In this document: positions 52,139-60,019 of the stretch, piece after piece
Layout: every line of letters begins with the position of its first letter
How positions within the stretch are numbered: position 1 is the stretch's first letter
Assembly: GCA_016181765.1 (NCBI GenBank)
Contig: JACOYR010000004.1
Location: 35,320-99,319 of the forward strand
DNA: 64,000 nucleotides
Source of the DNA: Parcubacteria group bacterium
Lineage (GTDB): Bacteria; Patescibacteriota; Patescibacteriia; UBA2169
Direction of reading: 5' to 3'
Translations under genes and position numbers: made by a program
Notes under the pieces: generated by a model
Seen by the model: the letters and a program-made list of their open reading frames with translations, nothing else
Told to the model about the DNA's origin: nothing
Databases searched by the model: none

Positions 52139-53881
52139 TCACTCCCTTGCCTTCGGGCGCGTTGCGCGTCCGCGCACCGGATGCGCTTCACGGCCATTGT
52201 CTTGCCCTGGACCCGATGTATCCGCAAGCCGTGCCGACTCGGGTGCCGGCTTGCCGCGCTCCAGCGCAGGCCGGGCTTCTCCGCCGAGCAGTGCGGCTGC
52301 GTCCAGGCGGAATCCATCCTGAATCCCGCGGTCCGACATGCCTGCCGCGCGCAAGGCAATGGCTGCCTGCACGCGAGTGCTCTCGCTGTTGATAAGCCCG
52401 GCGGCTTCATTGAGCCGCGCCCGGACAGCCGGAATCGTATTCGCGACAATAACGACGCGTGCCTGTATGTCCACTTCCGAGACGCGCCGCGCCACCTCGG
52501 CTTGCGCGTGGGCCTCAACCGCGTCCTTGAGCTCCTGGTCGCGCTGTGCGATCCCCTCCTCCAGACTCTTGAGGAGCGGCCGCACGAACTCTTCGCGCGC
52601 AACCTGGAGCACGATCAGAGTGAGCGCTTCGCGGTCAGCGCCTGGAATGCGGTCCAGAAACTCCTGGACTTTAGGACGCTGATCTTCTGTGCGCTTCTTC
52701 AGCCGCGCTTCTTCTGCCTCGAGGCTCGCGCGCTTCTCTTCCAGCTTCGCGATGAGTTCCGTGCGGTCATCAGGCGTGATTCGCGCATCATTCCTGACCT
52801 GCTGTCCGATGCTTGGAACGGACCCGAGGTCCGCCCTTTCAATCGCGCGGCCAAGGCCAGTAAGCGCGTTTGCGCGCTGCTTTTCCTTGAGCTCTGCCTC
52901 GCGTTCATCAAGCGCGTGGTAGAGCTCATCCTTGCGCTCCCGGGAAATCGCGGCAGCCGCCACGATTTCCCGCGTCGCCGCAACGTCGTCCGTGCCCTTG
53001 ACCGCGGCTGTGAGGTGTACCTCGGCGCGCTTCTCCCACGCGGCTATGAGCCGTGCCGCGTTCTCCGCGTCCAAGGCTCCCGTCTGGGCGCTCTCGGACA
53101 CACGGCCGCGAATCGGCCAGAACTTGTCCCGACCCTCGGAAGCGATGGACGCGCTGATCTCGCGAACCAGAGCTTCCTGCGCCTCCTCGCGCTTGCGGAT
53201 GTGCTCCGGCGGCCGGACATCAACCGTCACGTCCTTGAACGAAAACACGTTGCCCTCGTTCGCAAGCCCCGCAAGCGCGCCCTTCATAGCATCTCGAATC
53301 TCGCTTGCAAGCTGTGACTCCCGGGACACGCCTGCATGTCCCGGCAACCCGAGAACCCTGTGCTCGGAGTATGTCCGGCTGCCGAGAATCTCGGCAAACG
53401 GGCTTGTGAGCATGTCCCGAGCAGCCTGCCAATCCCCGGACAGGACGTACGGCAGGCCCTGCTGGGTGCGCGCGAGCAACGCAGGCATGCTGGCGACCTG
53501 GGCCGTGCCGCAGACTACCACGTCCAGTGGAATTGCCTCGCCCGCGCCAGGCTTGGTCGGAATGCCCGGGTAGATCCACTGGAAGCTGAACGTGTTCGTG
53601 TGTACCACAAATGGCATCATGCTGTCTATCGCCGGGCTCTCGCCCCGGGCGACGACCCGAAGCCCTGTCGGCGTCATCACGAGGAATGTGGCGCCGGCGC
53701 GCGAGAGCAAGCGCCTGCGGACCGGTGCCAATTTCGCGGCGAGCGATGCTCTCGGCGCCGTGATGATGAGGGGCACCGCACCAGACTGGTCACCCCTCCC
53801 CAGAAACTCCAGGTCCTCGGACACATTGACTCGGTCCAGCGTTGTGACGCTGGTCCCGGTTACTGCAATCTTCTGTGCCAT
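52139..53881 (-). CDS. hypothetical protein: N-terminal ~220 aa globular domain + long Glu/Arg/Ala-rich coiled-coil
   Basis: Start taken at ATG (MAQKIAVTG) preceded by AAGGAGGGG with 7 nt spacer. The ORF track starts 12 codons earlier at a TTG. No family recognised. Separately terminated from the downstream vWA operon. Confidence 0.55.
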   Translation of the reverse strand: MAQKIAVTGTSVTTLDRVNVSEDLEFLGRGDQSGAVPLIITAPRASLAAKLAPVRRRLLSRAGATFLVMTPTGLRVVARGESPAIDSMMPFVVHTNTFSFQWIYPGIPTKPGAGEAIPLDVVVCGTAQVASMPALLARTQQGLPYVLSGDWQAARDMLTSPFAEILGSRTYSEHRVLGLPGHAGVSRESQLASEIRDAMKGALAGLANEGNVFSFKDVTVDVRPPEHIRKREEAQEALVREISASIASEGRDKFWPIRGRVSESAQTGALDAENAARLIAAWEKRAEVHLTAAVKGTDDVAATREIVAAAAISRERKDELYHALDEREAELKEKQRANALTGLGRAIERADLGSVPSIGQQVRNDARITPDDRTELIAKLEEKRASLEAEEARLKKRTEDQRPKVQEFLDRIPGADREALTLIVLQVAREEFVRPLLKSLEEGIAQRDQELKDAVEAHAQAEVARRVSEVDIQARVVIVANTIPAVRARLNEAAGLINSESTRVQAAIALRAAGMSDRGIQDGFRLDAAALLGGEARPALERGKPAPESARLADTSGPGQDNGREAHPVRGRATRPKARE

Positions 53882-53984
53882 CACTTGCCCCTCCTTCAGG
53901 TGGGCGTACTTGCGCAAAGGTTAGGGTTGATTCAGCGAATTTGTACACAACACTGATTTTCAAATAACAACAAAACTACAGTTA

Positions 53985-54052
53985 GTTATACATAATTGCT
54001 TATTTTTGTCAAGTTTTTGCACATTGACAAATAAATAGAAATGTGATATTAA
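53985..54052. promoter_or_regulatory. divergent back-to-back promoters with an inverted-repeat putative operator
   Basis: Minus: TTGACA (54012..54007), 16 nt spacer, TATAAC (53990..53985), serving the coiled-coil gene. Plus: TTGACA (54024-54029), 17 nt spacer, TATTAA (54047-54052), serving the 54168 operon. The -35 boxes form TTGTCAA-N12-TTGACAA, a perfect 7 bp inverted repeat. Confidence 0.5.
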
Positions 54053-54167
54053 GACTAAAGAAATCTAACTCGGTCGTTGACAACCTATTATTTAGGATAC
54101 AACACAAACAAAATCACCTGACTTCCCGCAACTTCCACAGCGCAACTATTGCGAAGGAGATGATCGC

Positions 54168-54407
54168 ATGAACGCAGCAACAGCGCCTGGCCAAAGCCAG
54201 ACAGTGGAACAGGCCAGGGAACGCGCGCGCCAGAAAGCGGCGCAGATCACGGAACAGATGGCTGTGGCAAAGACCGCGGCCGCTGTCCGGGCTATCCTGG
54301 ACACCCTGCCCGGCGCAAACCAGGTCGGCGAACTTACGCCTGATGATTTGGCCAGGCTTACGGAGCATGGCCAGTCCCTGGAGCCGAGCCGACCCCAGCC
54401 GCAATGA
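54168..54407 (+). CDS. small hydrophilic protein (79 aa), first gene of plus-strand operon
   Basis: SD GAAGGAG 8 nt upstream. Stop overlaps the next gene start (ATGA). Ala/Gln-rich and helical. Confidence 0.5.
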   Translation: MNAATAPGQSQTVEQARERARQKAAQITEQMAVAKTAAAVRAILDTLPGANQVGELTPDDLARLTEHGQSLEPSRPQPQ

Positions 54408-54937
54408 CGAACAAGCGCGCGCACATCAAGCGCGTGCTCATCCGGTGCGGCGAGTTTGATCTCGCCCGCGCGCGGACCGTGGGCCTCGTCACGCCATTCC
54501 TGGGAACTAAGCCAAAGCGCTGGAGAAAAGAGCGCACAGGCGGGCTGCTGGACGGTCCGCAGTACCACGCGGAAAACCCGGACGACACACAAGAAATCCG
54601 GGATCACCTAAAGGCGCTCGCAGATACCCGGCGCAGAAGCATCAAGCGCGCGCGCCGATGGTTTTGCCTGTGCTCGCTCATACTACTCTTCGCGGGCCCG
54701 GTCCTGGTGATGCTTACCAAGGCTCCGGTCACCCGTCTAGATATCATCCCGTTCATTGTGCGCCATCCCTTCATGATGGCGGCAGTTCCGATCTCATTCG
54801 CGGCGATCCTCGCCGCGAACCGCATTCCAGGACATGGCATCGCGTGGATAGGGGCGCTCCAGGGAAACTGGATGGCCAAACTCTTCGCTATCACGGCCTG
54901 GATCTGGCTCTTCACCATGATACTCACCCACTCCTAG
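54404..54937 (+). CDS. membrane protein (3-4 TM), unknown function
   Basis: 177 aa. Translationally coupled to the preceding gene. Basic N-terminus then hydrophobic helices. Confidence 0.5.
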   Translation: MTNKRAHIKRVLIRCGEFDLARARTVGLVTPFLGTKPKRWRKERTGGLLDGPQYHAENPDDTQEIRDHLKALADTRRRSIKRARRWFCLCSLILLFAGPVLVMLTKAPVTRLDIIPFIVRHPFMMAAVPISFAAILAANRIPGHGIAWIGALQGNWMAKLFAITAWIWLFTMILTHS

Positions 54938-54951
54938 AAGCAGAGGCTACC

Positions 54952-55587
54952 ATGAATCAGCAACAGCGCGGAGGCCAAGGCCGCCGCAACAGAAACCGCG
55001 GAGGTGGCGGGCAGGGCGGCAACGCCCTGAACATCCCAGGTGTTCCGCAGCAGGTAATCAGGAACGCGCTGGACCAGATAGAGGTCGGCGAACTCGGAGA
55101 TGAAATCCTTGACCATCTGCAGGCAGACGGCCGAAGAGCTGAAGAGAGGCACAGGGCCGACATCGCCAAGATGGCCGCTGAAACCGATCGTGTCAAAGTA
55201 GAAACCGAAGCAAAGCGGGCTACGGACGCGAGGGCTGCCGAAAAAGATCGCAAAGAGGCGGAATCCGCGTCCAAGGCTTCGCGGCAGAAAGCGAACTTCT
55301 TGGTTGCGCAAGCCTTGTCCGAGTACCTTGCGAGCATCAACGGCATCACGGCGCTCGCAGAGCTCCATCGCAGGCGGATCACGGTCCAGTTCCTGGACAA
55401 ACTCACTCCGGCTGCATTGGAGCACTTCCGCGCCTCGCTCGGGCAGATGGCTCAAGAGGGCGCCGAAAACACGTCCGATAAAATCCAAAAAATACTTGCG
55501 CTACTCGGGAAAACCGAGAGCGACACCGAACGGTTCCGCATCGCATGTGCGCTCGGGCTCTTGCCCGAGCAGTACCAGAGGAGTTGA
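54952..55587 (+). CDS. hypothetical protein with N-terminal Arg/Gly-rich (RGG-like) segment and coiled-coil
   Basis: 211 aa from MNQQQRGGQGRRNRNRGGGGQGG. SD-like GCAGAGG upstream. The upstream part of the 309 aa track ORF overlaps the previous gene and is rejected. Confidence 0.5.
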   Translation: MNQQQRGGQGRRNRNRGGGGQGGNALNIPGVPQQVIRNALDQIEVGELGDEILDHLQADGRRAEERHRADIAKMAAETDRVKVETEAKRATDARAAEKDRKEAESASKASRQKANFLVAQALSEYLASINGITALAELHRRRITVQFLDKLTPAALEHFRASLGQMAQEGAENTSDKIQKILALLGKTESDTERFRIACALGLLPEQYQRS

Positions 55588-55589
55588 AG

Positions 55590-56288
55590 ATGAAAAAACT
55601 CAATGAGATATTCAACAAATTGTTTGAAGAGACGGTTGGCCAGGTTGGCGCGGGCTTTGTGAACCGGACCATCCTCGGAGGGAGCGGGGAACCGGTGCAG
55701 GTATCGGTTCCACGGATCTCGGGGCTGCATACGTTCCGCGCGGGCATTCTGCCGAGCCTCGGGCTTGCTGATGAAAGCGCGTTCGGCGGGGACATAGCCC
55801 TGTTCAATGAATGGGCCGCCAGACTCTACGGCACATCCGCAAATCCGGTCATTGCCGAGTTCATCGGGAAGTTGGTGCGCCTGCGCCAAACCGAGCCCTG
55901 GAGGGCAACACTCCTGCGCGTCATCATCACCAAGCATCCACACGAGGCCGCGCAGCGCCAGATACTCGTATTCCTCGCGAACAGCAGCGGGTACGACGAT
56001 TTCTACAACAGAGTCTGCATGCTCGTTCCGGAGAAGCAGTTGTCAACCAAAGCCGGCGAGTGGCTGCGCCGAAACGTCCTGAATTGGGGCGCCGTAAAGA
56101 AACACGCGCGCTCCGGCCGAGATTTCACTGTGCGGCACGCGCGGCGCGGCGACAGCTATGTCGCCCGCACCGCGGTACCCCCGGTCCGCGCAAAGCGCGT
56201 GGCGTGGAACGCAAGCCTGGATCGCACAGCGCGCCGCATTGAGCAGAACGGCGGCAGGCTCTCCACTAAGTGGTGGCTCCCCTTCTGA
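55590..56288 (+). CDS. hypothetical protein (232 aa)
   Basis: Start MKKLNEIF preceded by GAGGAG. It starts 3 nt after the previous stop. No family recognised. Confidence 0.5.
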   Translation: MKKLNEIFNKLFEETVGQVGAGFVNRTILGGSGEPVQVSVPRISGLHTFRAGILPSLGLADESAFGGDIALFNEWAARLYGTSANPVIAEFIGKLVRLRQTEPWRATLLRVIITKHPHEAAQRQILVFLANSSGYDDFYNRVCMLVPEKQLSTKAGEWLRRNVLNWGAVKKHARSGRDFTVRHARRGDSYVARTAVPPVRAKRVAWNASLDRTARRIEQNGGRLSTKWWLPF

Positions 56289-56320
56289 ACCCAACACACC
56301 AAAAACAAGGAGTAAGGACA

Positions 56321-58735
56321 ATGAGCGGACTTCTGAAAGAACTGCTGGAAATCCTCCTGGGATTCCTGCGGTTTGACTTCCGGGTCACGTGGGCAGTCGC
56401 ATCCGGCGCCGCCAGGCGCCTGTTTGTCTCCATCGGCATTGAGCTCATCGCCATCGTGGCCTTCGCCGCCCTGGCGCAGTTCAATCCGTACTGGTATCTG
56501 GCCTGCGCCGGTGCCACTCTGGCCATCTCCGTGTACCAGTACGCGTTTCTCGCGGCAATCACGATTCCCATGGCCGCGAATTTCGCGCTTGAGCATCAGC
56601 TCTCGCTGGTCCTGGTCCAGATTCTGGGTGCGGCCCAAGTGCCGCTCGCCAAAATCGCAACTGCGGTAGCCGAGTTCCGGGGGAAGATCGGCCAGATCAT
56701 CGCCCAGCCCGAAGGGGAAATCGGCGATTCCATCATGACGCTCCTCCTCCAAGTTGTAAGGCCATTGGAGCTGCCGAACGCCATCGTGAACCTGGCCGCG
56801 GATCCCATGATCGCGGTTATCAGGGCCGTGGACAAATCCATCCAGGAGCTGCCCGGAAAAACCTGGCAGCAAATCAAAAAGGTTGCCGGCCCGGTGCTCT
56901 CCGGCTTCCTGGTGTTCCAGTGGTTCAGTGTCGCCGGATGGGCGCTGCTCGCGGCGAGCCCGCCCGCCATCGTGTGGGCTCCGATATTCGCGGCAGCAGT
57001 CGGCGCGATTCTCACGCTGCTCGCGATTCCAAGCCGCAAAGAACAACACCCGCGCACGCGGTTTGAGAATGCCATGCTCTGGGTGCTCGGTGTGTCTCTC
57101 GTGTACGCAGCCTACATGTACTACGATGAATCGCTGTTCGTGCTCCCGCTGCTCGTGGTGCCGATCATGGCCGCACTCCTCTTTGCCCTCGCGTGTTGGG
57201 GATTGCGGTTTGGAGGCAGCATGCTGGTACTGGTTGTGGGTGTATGGGGCATTGTCTCGCCCCAGCACTGGCTCGCAACCCGGAACTCGTTCGGCGGCTT
57301 GAACCAGAGCGCGCCCGAGTACGCGGAAGTGCGCAATCCCTGCCAGGCGTACCAGCCTGGCCGCGGCAGGACCTACGTCCGTGATCCGACCATCAAGCCC
57401 CTCAAAGAGGGAGATGTATTGCGGCTCGCGCGCAGCTCTTCGTTTGAGTCTCCGACAAGCGATTCAAAAGACAACCTCTGGCTGGAAATGGTTGGAGTGG
57501 TTGATGTTGCCACGGGTATGGTTGACCCAGGCGCCAAGAACTTCTGGGTACCCTTGGGCTACGTCAAGCAAACCGGCTGGGATCCTGCGGAGGTGGCAGT
57601 CGGCGCAACCGGAGGCGCGCAGGGCGCCTTGCCCTACAATCCCTACGCCATCTGGGACCAGACCGCAGAACCGCCGGTCAAAGTGGCAAGCTTCAACCCG
57701 GGGTTGGACGCGCCCGCCGAAGTGCGGCCCAACACCACTCCGCTCATGCACCCGCTCGGCGACTACCGCATCACGCCCATTGTCTACTATGGCACCATCC
57801 GGCAACGGGACGGCATGCGGAACTGGAGCGATGTGTTCCCGGCTTCCGTTGGCACGCCAGTGCGCGCTGGCGCGGCAGGAACCGTGATCGCCGTGCATCC
57901 GGCCAAACGCCACGAGGTAAGCGCTATCGTGCTTCGCCACGACAACAGTGAACGAGGCACGTTCTACACGCGCTACCTGGAGGTGGGCACGATCCTGGTT
58001 GCCGTGGGAAACACAGTCAGCCAGGGAGATACTATCGCGCGATCCGACGGCAGGCCCGGAGCCAGCGGTACAATGAGCGACGCGCAAGAACCCCACATCG
58101 GGTTTGAGGTGTGGGCCGTCGTAGAGGGTCCCAACACCTGGTTTCCGGTGGACACTATGCGGTGGATCAATGGAGTGGCCGCCCAGAAAGTGGTGATAGC
58201 GCCCCAGGAATTCACCGCCTACCCCCTGTACCCCATCCCCGGAACCGAAGACGAGTATGAGGTTCCGGTCAACCGGCCCGTAAGTATTCTCGCGGACCGC
58301 GTACGGTTGGGGAATCTAGTGGACATCCGGGTTCTCTCTCCAGAAGCGGGCTATGTCATCAACGGCCGGGAGGAACACCGCGCCTACTTCCGGGAGCCCA
58401 TCGCGCTGTTGGGCAAACCGTACCCCAAGGTCAAGGGTACGGACGCGTTCGTGTGGCAGACCTACTCCTTCTACACGGACCACGAACAGGCAAAGTACGG
58501 CCAGCTCATTGCCGGCATCAACGGCTTTGAGACTGCGTATGGCCTGCACTACGGCGCAACGAGGTTCACGGCGGAGGAAGACGGCGCCGTCTGCATCGGC
58601 ATCAACGAGGCGGTGGGCATCCGCGCGAATAACGAGCGCTTGGTGGATGCGTCCGCCGACAACTACGTCAGGGACTCAACCCGTGATGTGGTCCGCGTCA
58701 AGGTCGCCATCAGGCGCGGCGGTTCCGCAATCTGA
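56321..58735 (+). CDS. polytopic membrane protein (about 9-10 TM) with C-terminal degenerate M23/LytM-like peptidase domain
   Basis: About 805 aa from MSGLLKELLE (SD AAGGAG). The N-terminal ~330 aa are hydrophobic. The C-terminal region GDYRITPIVYYG..VGTPVRAGAAGTVIAVH..GTFYTRYLEVGTILVAVGNTVSQGDTIARSDGRPGASGT..PHIGFEVW follows M23 topology but lacks the full HxH (HIGFE), so it is probably non-catalytic. Confidence 0.55.
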   Translation: MSGLLKELLEILLGFLRFDFRVTWAVASGAARRLFVSIGIELIAIVAFAALAQFNPYWYLACAGATLAISVYQYAFLAAITIPMAANFALEHQLSLVLVQILGAAQVPLAKIATAVAEFRGKIGQIIAQPEGEIGDSIMTLLLQVVRPLELPNAIVNLAADPMIAVIRAVDKSIQELPGKTWQQIKKVAGPVLSGFLVFQWFSVAGWALLAASPPAIVWAPIFAAAVGAILTLLAIPSRKEQHPRTRFENAMLWVLGVSLVYAAYMYYDESLFVLPLLVVPIMAALLFALACWGLRFGGSMLVLVVGVWGIVSPQHWLATRNSFGGLNQSAPEYAEVRNPCQAYQPGRGRTYVRDPTIKPLKEGDVLRLARSSSFESPTSDSKDNLWLEMVGVVDVATGMVDPGAKNFWVPLGYVKQTGWDPAEVAVGATGGAQGALPYNPYAIWDQTAEPPVKVASFNPGLDAPAEVRPNTTPLMHPLGDYRITPIVYYGTIRQRDGMRNWSDVFPASVGTPVRAGAAGTVIAVHPAKRHEVSAIVLRHDNSERGTFYTRYLEVGTILVAVGNTVSQGDTIARSDGRPGASGTMSDAQEPHIGFEVWAVVEGPNTWFPVDTMRWINGVAAQKVVIAPQEFTAYPLYPIPGTEDEYEVPVNRPVSILADRVRLGNLVDIRVLSPEAGYVINGREEHRAYFREPIALLGKPYPKVKGTDAFVWQTYSFYTDHEQAKYGQLIAGINGFETAYGLHYGATRFTAEEDGAVCIGINEAVGIRANNERLVDASADNYVRDSTRDVVRVKVAIRRGGSAI

Positions 58736-58837
58736 ATCACATATCAACTAGGAGGGGAAACACAAAAACAAAAACACAAAACATATGCGGCGTAACGCTC
58801 GCATATGTTCGTTCGTTCCACTGCGCCAATGCAGTCG

Positions 58838-58892
58838 GTCCCCCGCCTATTGATAGGTCAAGTCTGATCTCTCAAGCGGGGGATCTTTTTTT
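58838..58892 (+). terminator. Rho-independent terminator after the plus-strand operon
   Basis: Stem CCCCCGC..GCGGGGG with an internally structured loop, followed by ATCTTTTTTT. Confidence 0.6.
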
Positions 58893-58927
58893 ACGCAAAT
58901 TTCCTCAAGGGTTTCCCTCTCAATTTC

Positions 58928-60013
58928 CTATTTCCTGCTCCGCTTCTCCCACGCAACGAGCAGGGGGGACGCGAGGAAGATGGACGAGTAGGTTCCGGCA
59001 ACCACGCCGATCATCAGAGCCAGCACAAAGTTCTTGATGGACTCCCCGCCGAAGAGGTACACCGCGAGCAGAACAACGAACGTGGTAAGGGCTGTAAACA
59101 CGGACCTGCGGACAGTTTCGTTGACGCTCGTGTTCACGATCCATTCAAACTCGTGCTTCCAGTGGTCGCGGGACAAATTCTCCCGCGTCCTGTCAAACAC
59201 CACAATGGTGTCATTCACTGAGTACCCGAGGATGGTTAAAAGCGCCGTCACAAACAGGATGTCCACCTCAACGCCCGCAAGCTTTCCCAACACCGCGAAT
59301 ATGCCCGTGGGGATTGCCACGTCATGGATGAGAGCAATAATTGCGGTGATGCCGTACTTCCAGCTGGAGACGGGCTTGGACACTTTCCGGAACGCCCAGG
59401 CAATGTAGAGTATAATGGAAATAATCACCGCAATGATGGCGTACGCGGACTTCTGCTTGAGCTCCTGCCCAATGGTCGGGCCGATTGACTCAAACCTATC
59501 TTCACTTACAAGCACAAGCCCGCCAATGGTAGTGACCGGCGATGAGATAACCGCTCCCCCGTCGCCCTCAACCTGAATGTCAACGGGGTTGCCCTGGCTG
59601 TCAGTTGCCTGAATCTTGGGTACTCCGGCAGGAGCGCTCTCTGGCTTGGCAGCCTCTTTGGAGCGTTCACTCTCGGGCAGTTGGCCAGCGAACTCCGTAT
59701 TCAAGCGCCCCGCAATGGCCTGGTGCTCTTCCTCGCTTATATCCCGAAACCGCAGTAAAAACCCATGCTCCCCGGTTTTCTGGACCTGCACTGAATCAAT
59801 AAGTTTTGTTCCATTCTCATCAGGGCGGGTGAGTATTTCGGCGATGGATGCGGCATCAGCCTCAATCCGCTCGTCAACCGTAATTTCCAAGAGCGATCCG
59901 CCCGTAAAATCAATGCCCAAGCGCAAGCCGAATACCGCAACCGCAAGAACGCTTGCTCCGACGAGCACCCCTGAAATGGCGAAATAGATGTTGCTGTGCT
60001 TGATGATTTGCAT
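58928..60013 (-). CDS. secF: protein translocase subunit SecF
   Basis: 361 aa. N-terminus FAISGVLVGASVLAVAVFGLRLGIDFTGGS, six TM helices, the usual SecD/F periplasmic domain. Confidence 0.85.
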   Translation of the reverse strand: MQIIKHSNIYFAISGVLVGASVLAVAVFGLRLGIDFTGGSLLEITVDERIEADAASIAEILTRPDENGTKLIDSVQVQKTGEHGFLLRFRDISEEEHQAIAGRLNTEFAGQLPESERSKEAAKPESAPAGVPKIQATDSQGNPVDIQVEGDGGAVISSPVTTIGGLVLVSEDRFESIGPTIGQELKQKSAYAIIAVIISIILYIAWAFRKVSKPVSSWKYGITAIIALIHDVAIPTGIFAVLGKLAGVEVDILFVTALLTILGYSVNDTIVVFDRTRENLSRDHWKHEFEWIVNTSVNETVRRSVFTALTTFVVLLAVYLFGGESIKNFVLALMIGVVAGTYSSIFLASPLLVAWEKRSRK

Positions 60014-60019
60014 AGGATA

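Noticed and set aside
54658-54951. Upstream 98 codons of the 309 aa plus-strand track ORF
   Set aside because: They overlap the membrane-protein gene 54404..54937 in another frame. A good start (MNQQQRGG with SD-like sequence) exists at 54952, right after that gene ends.
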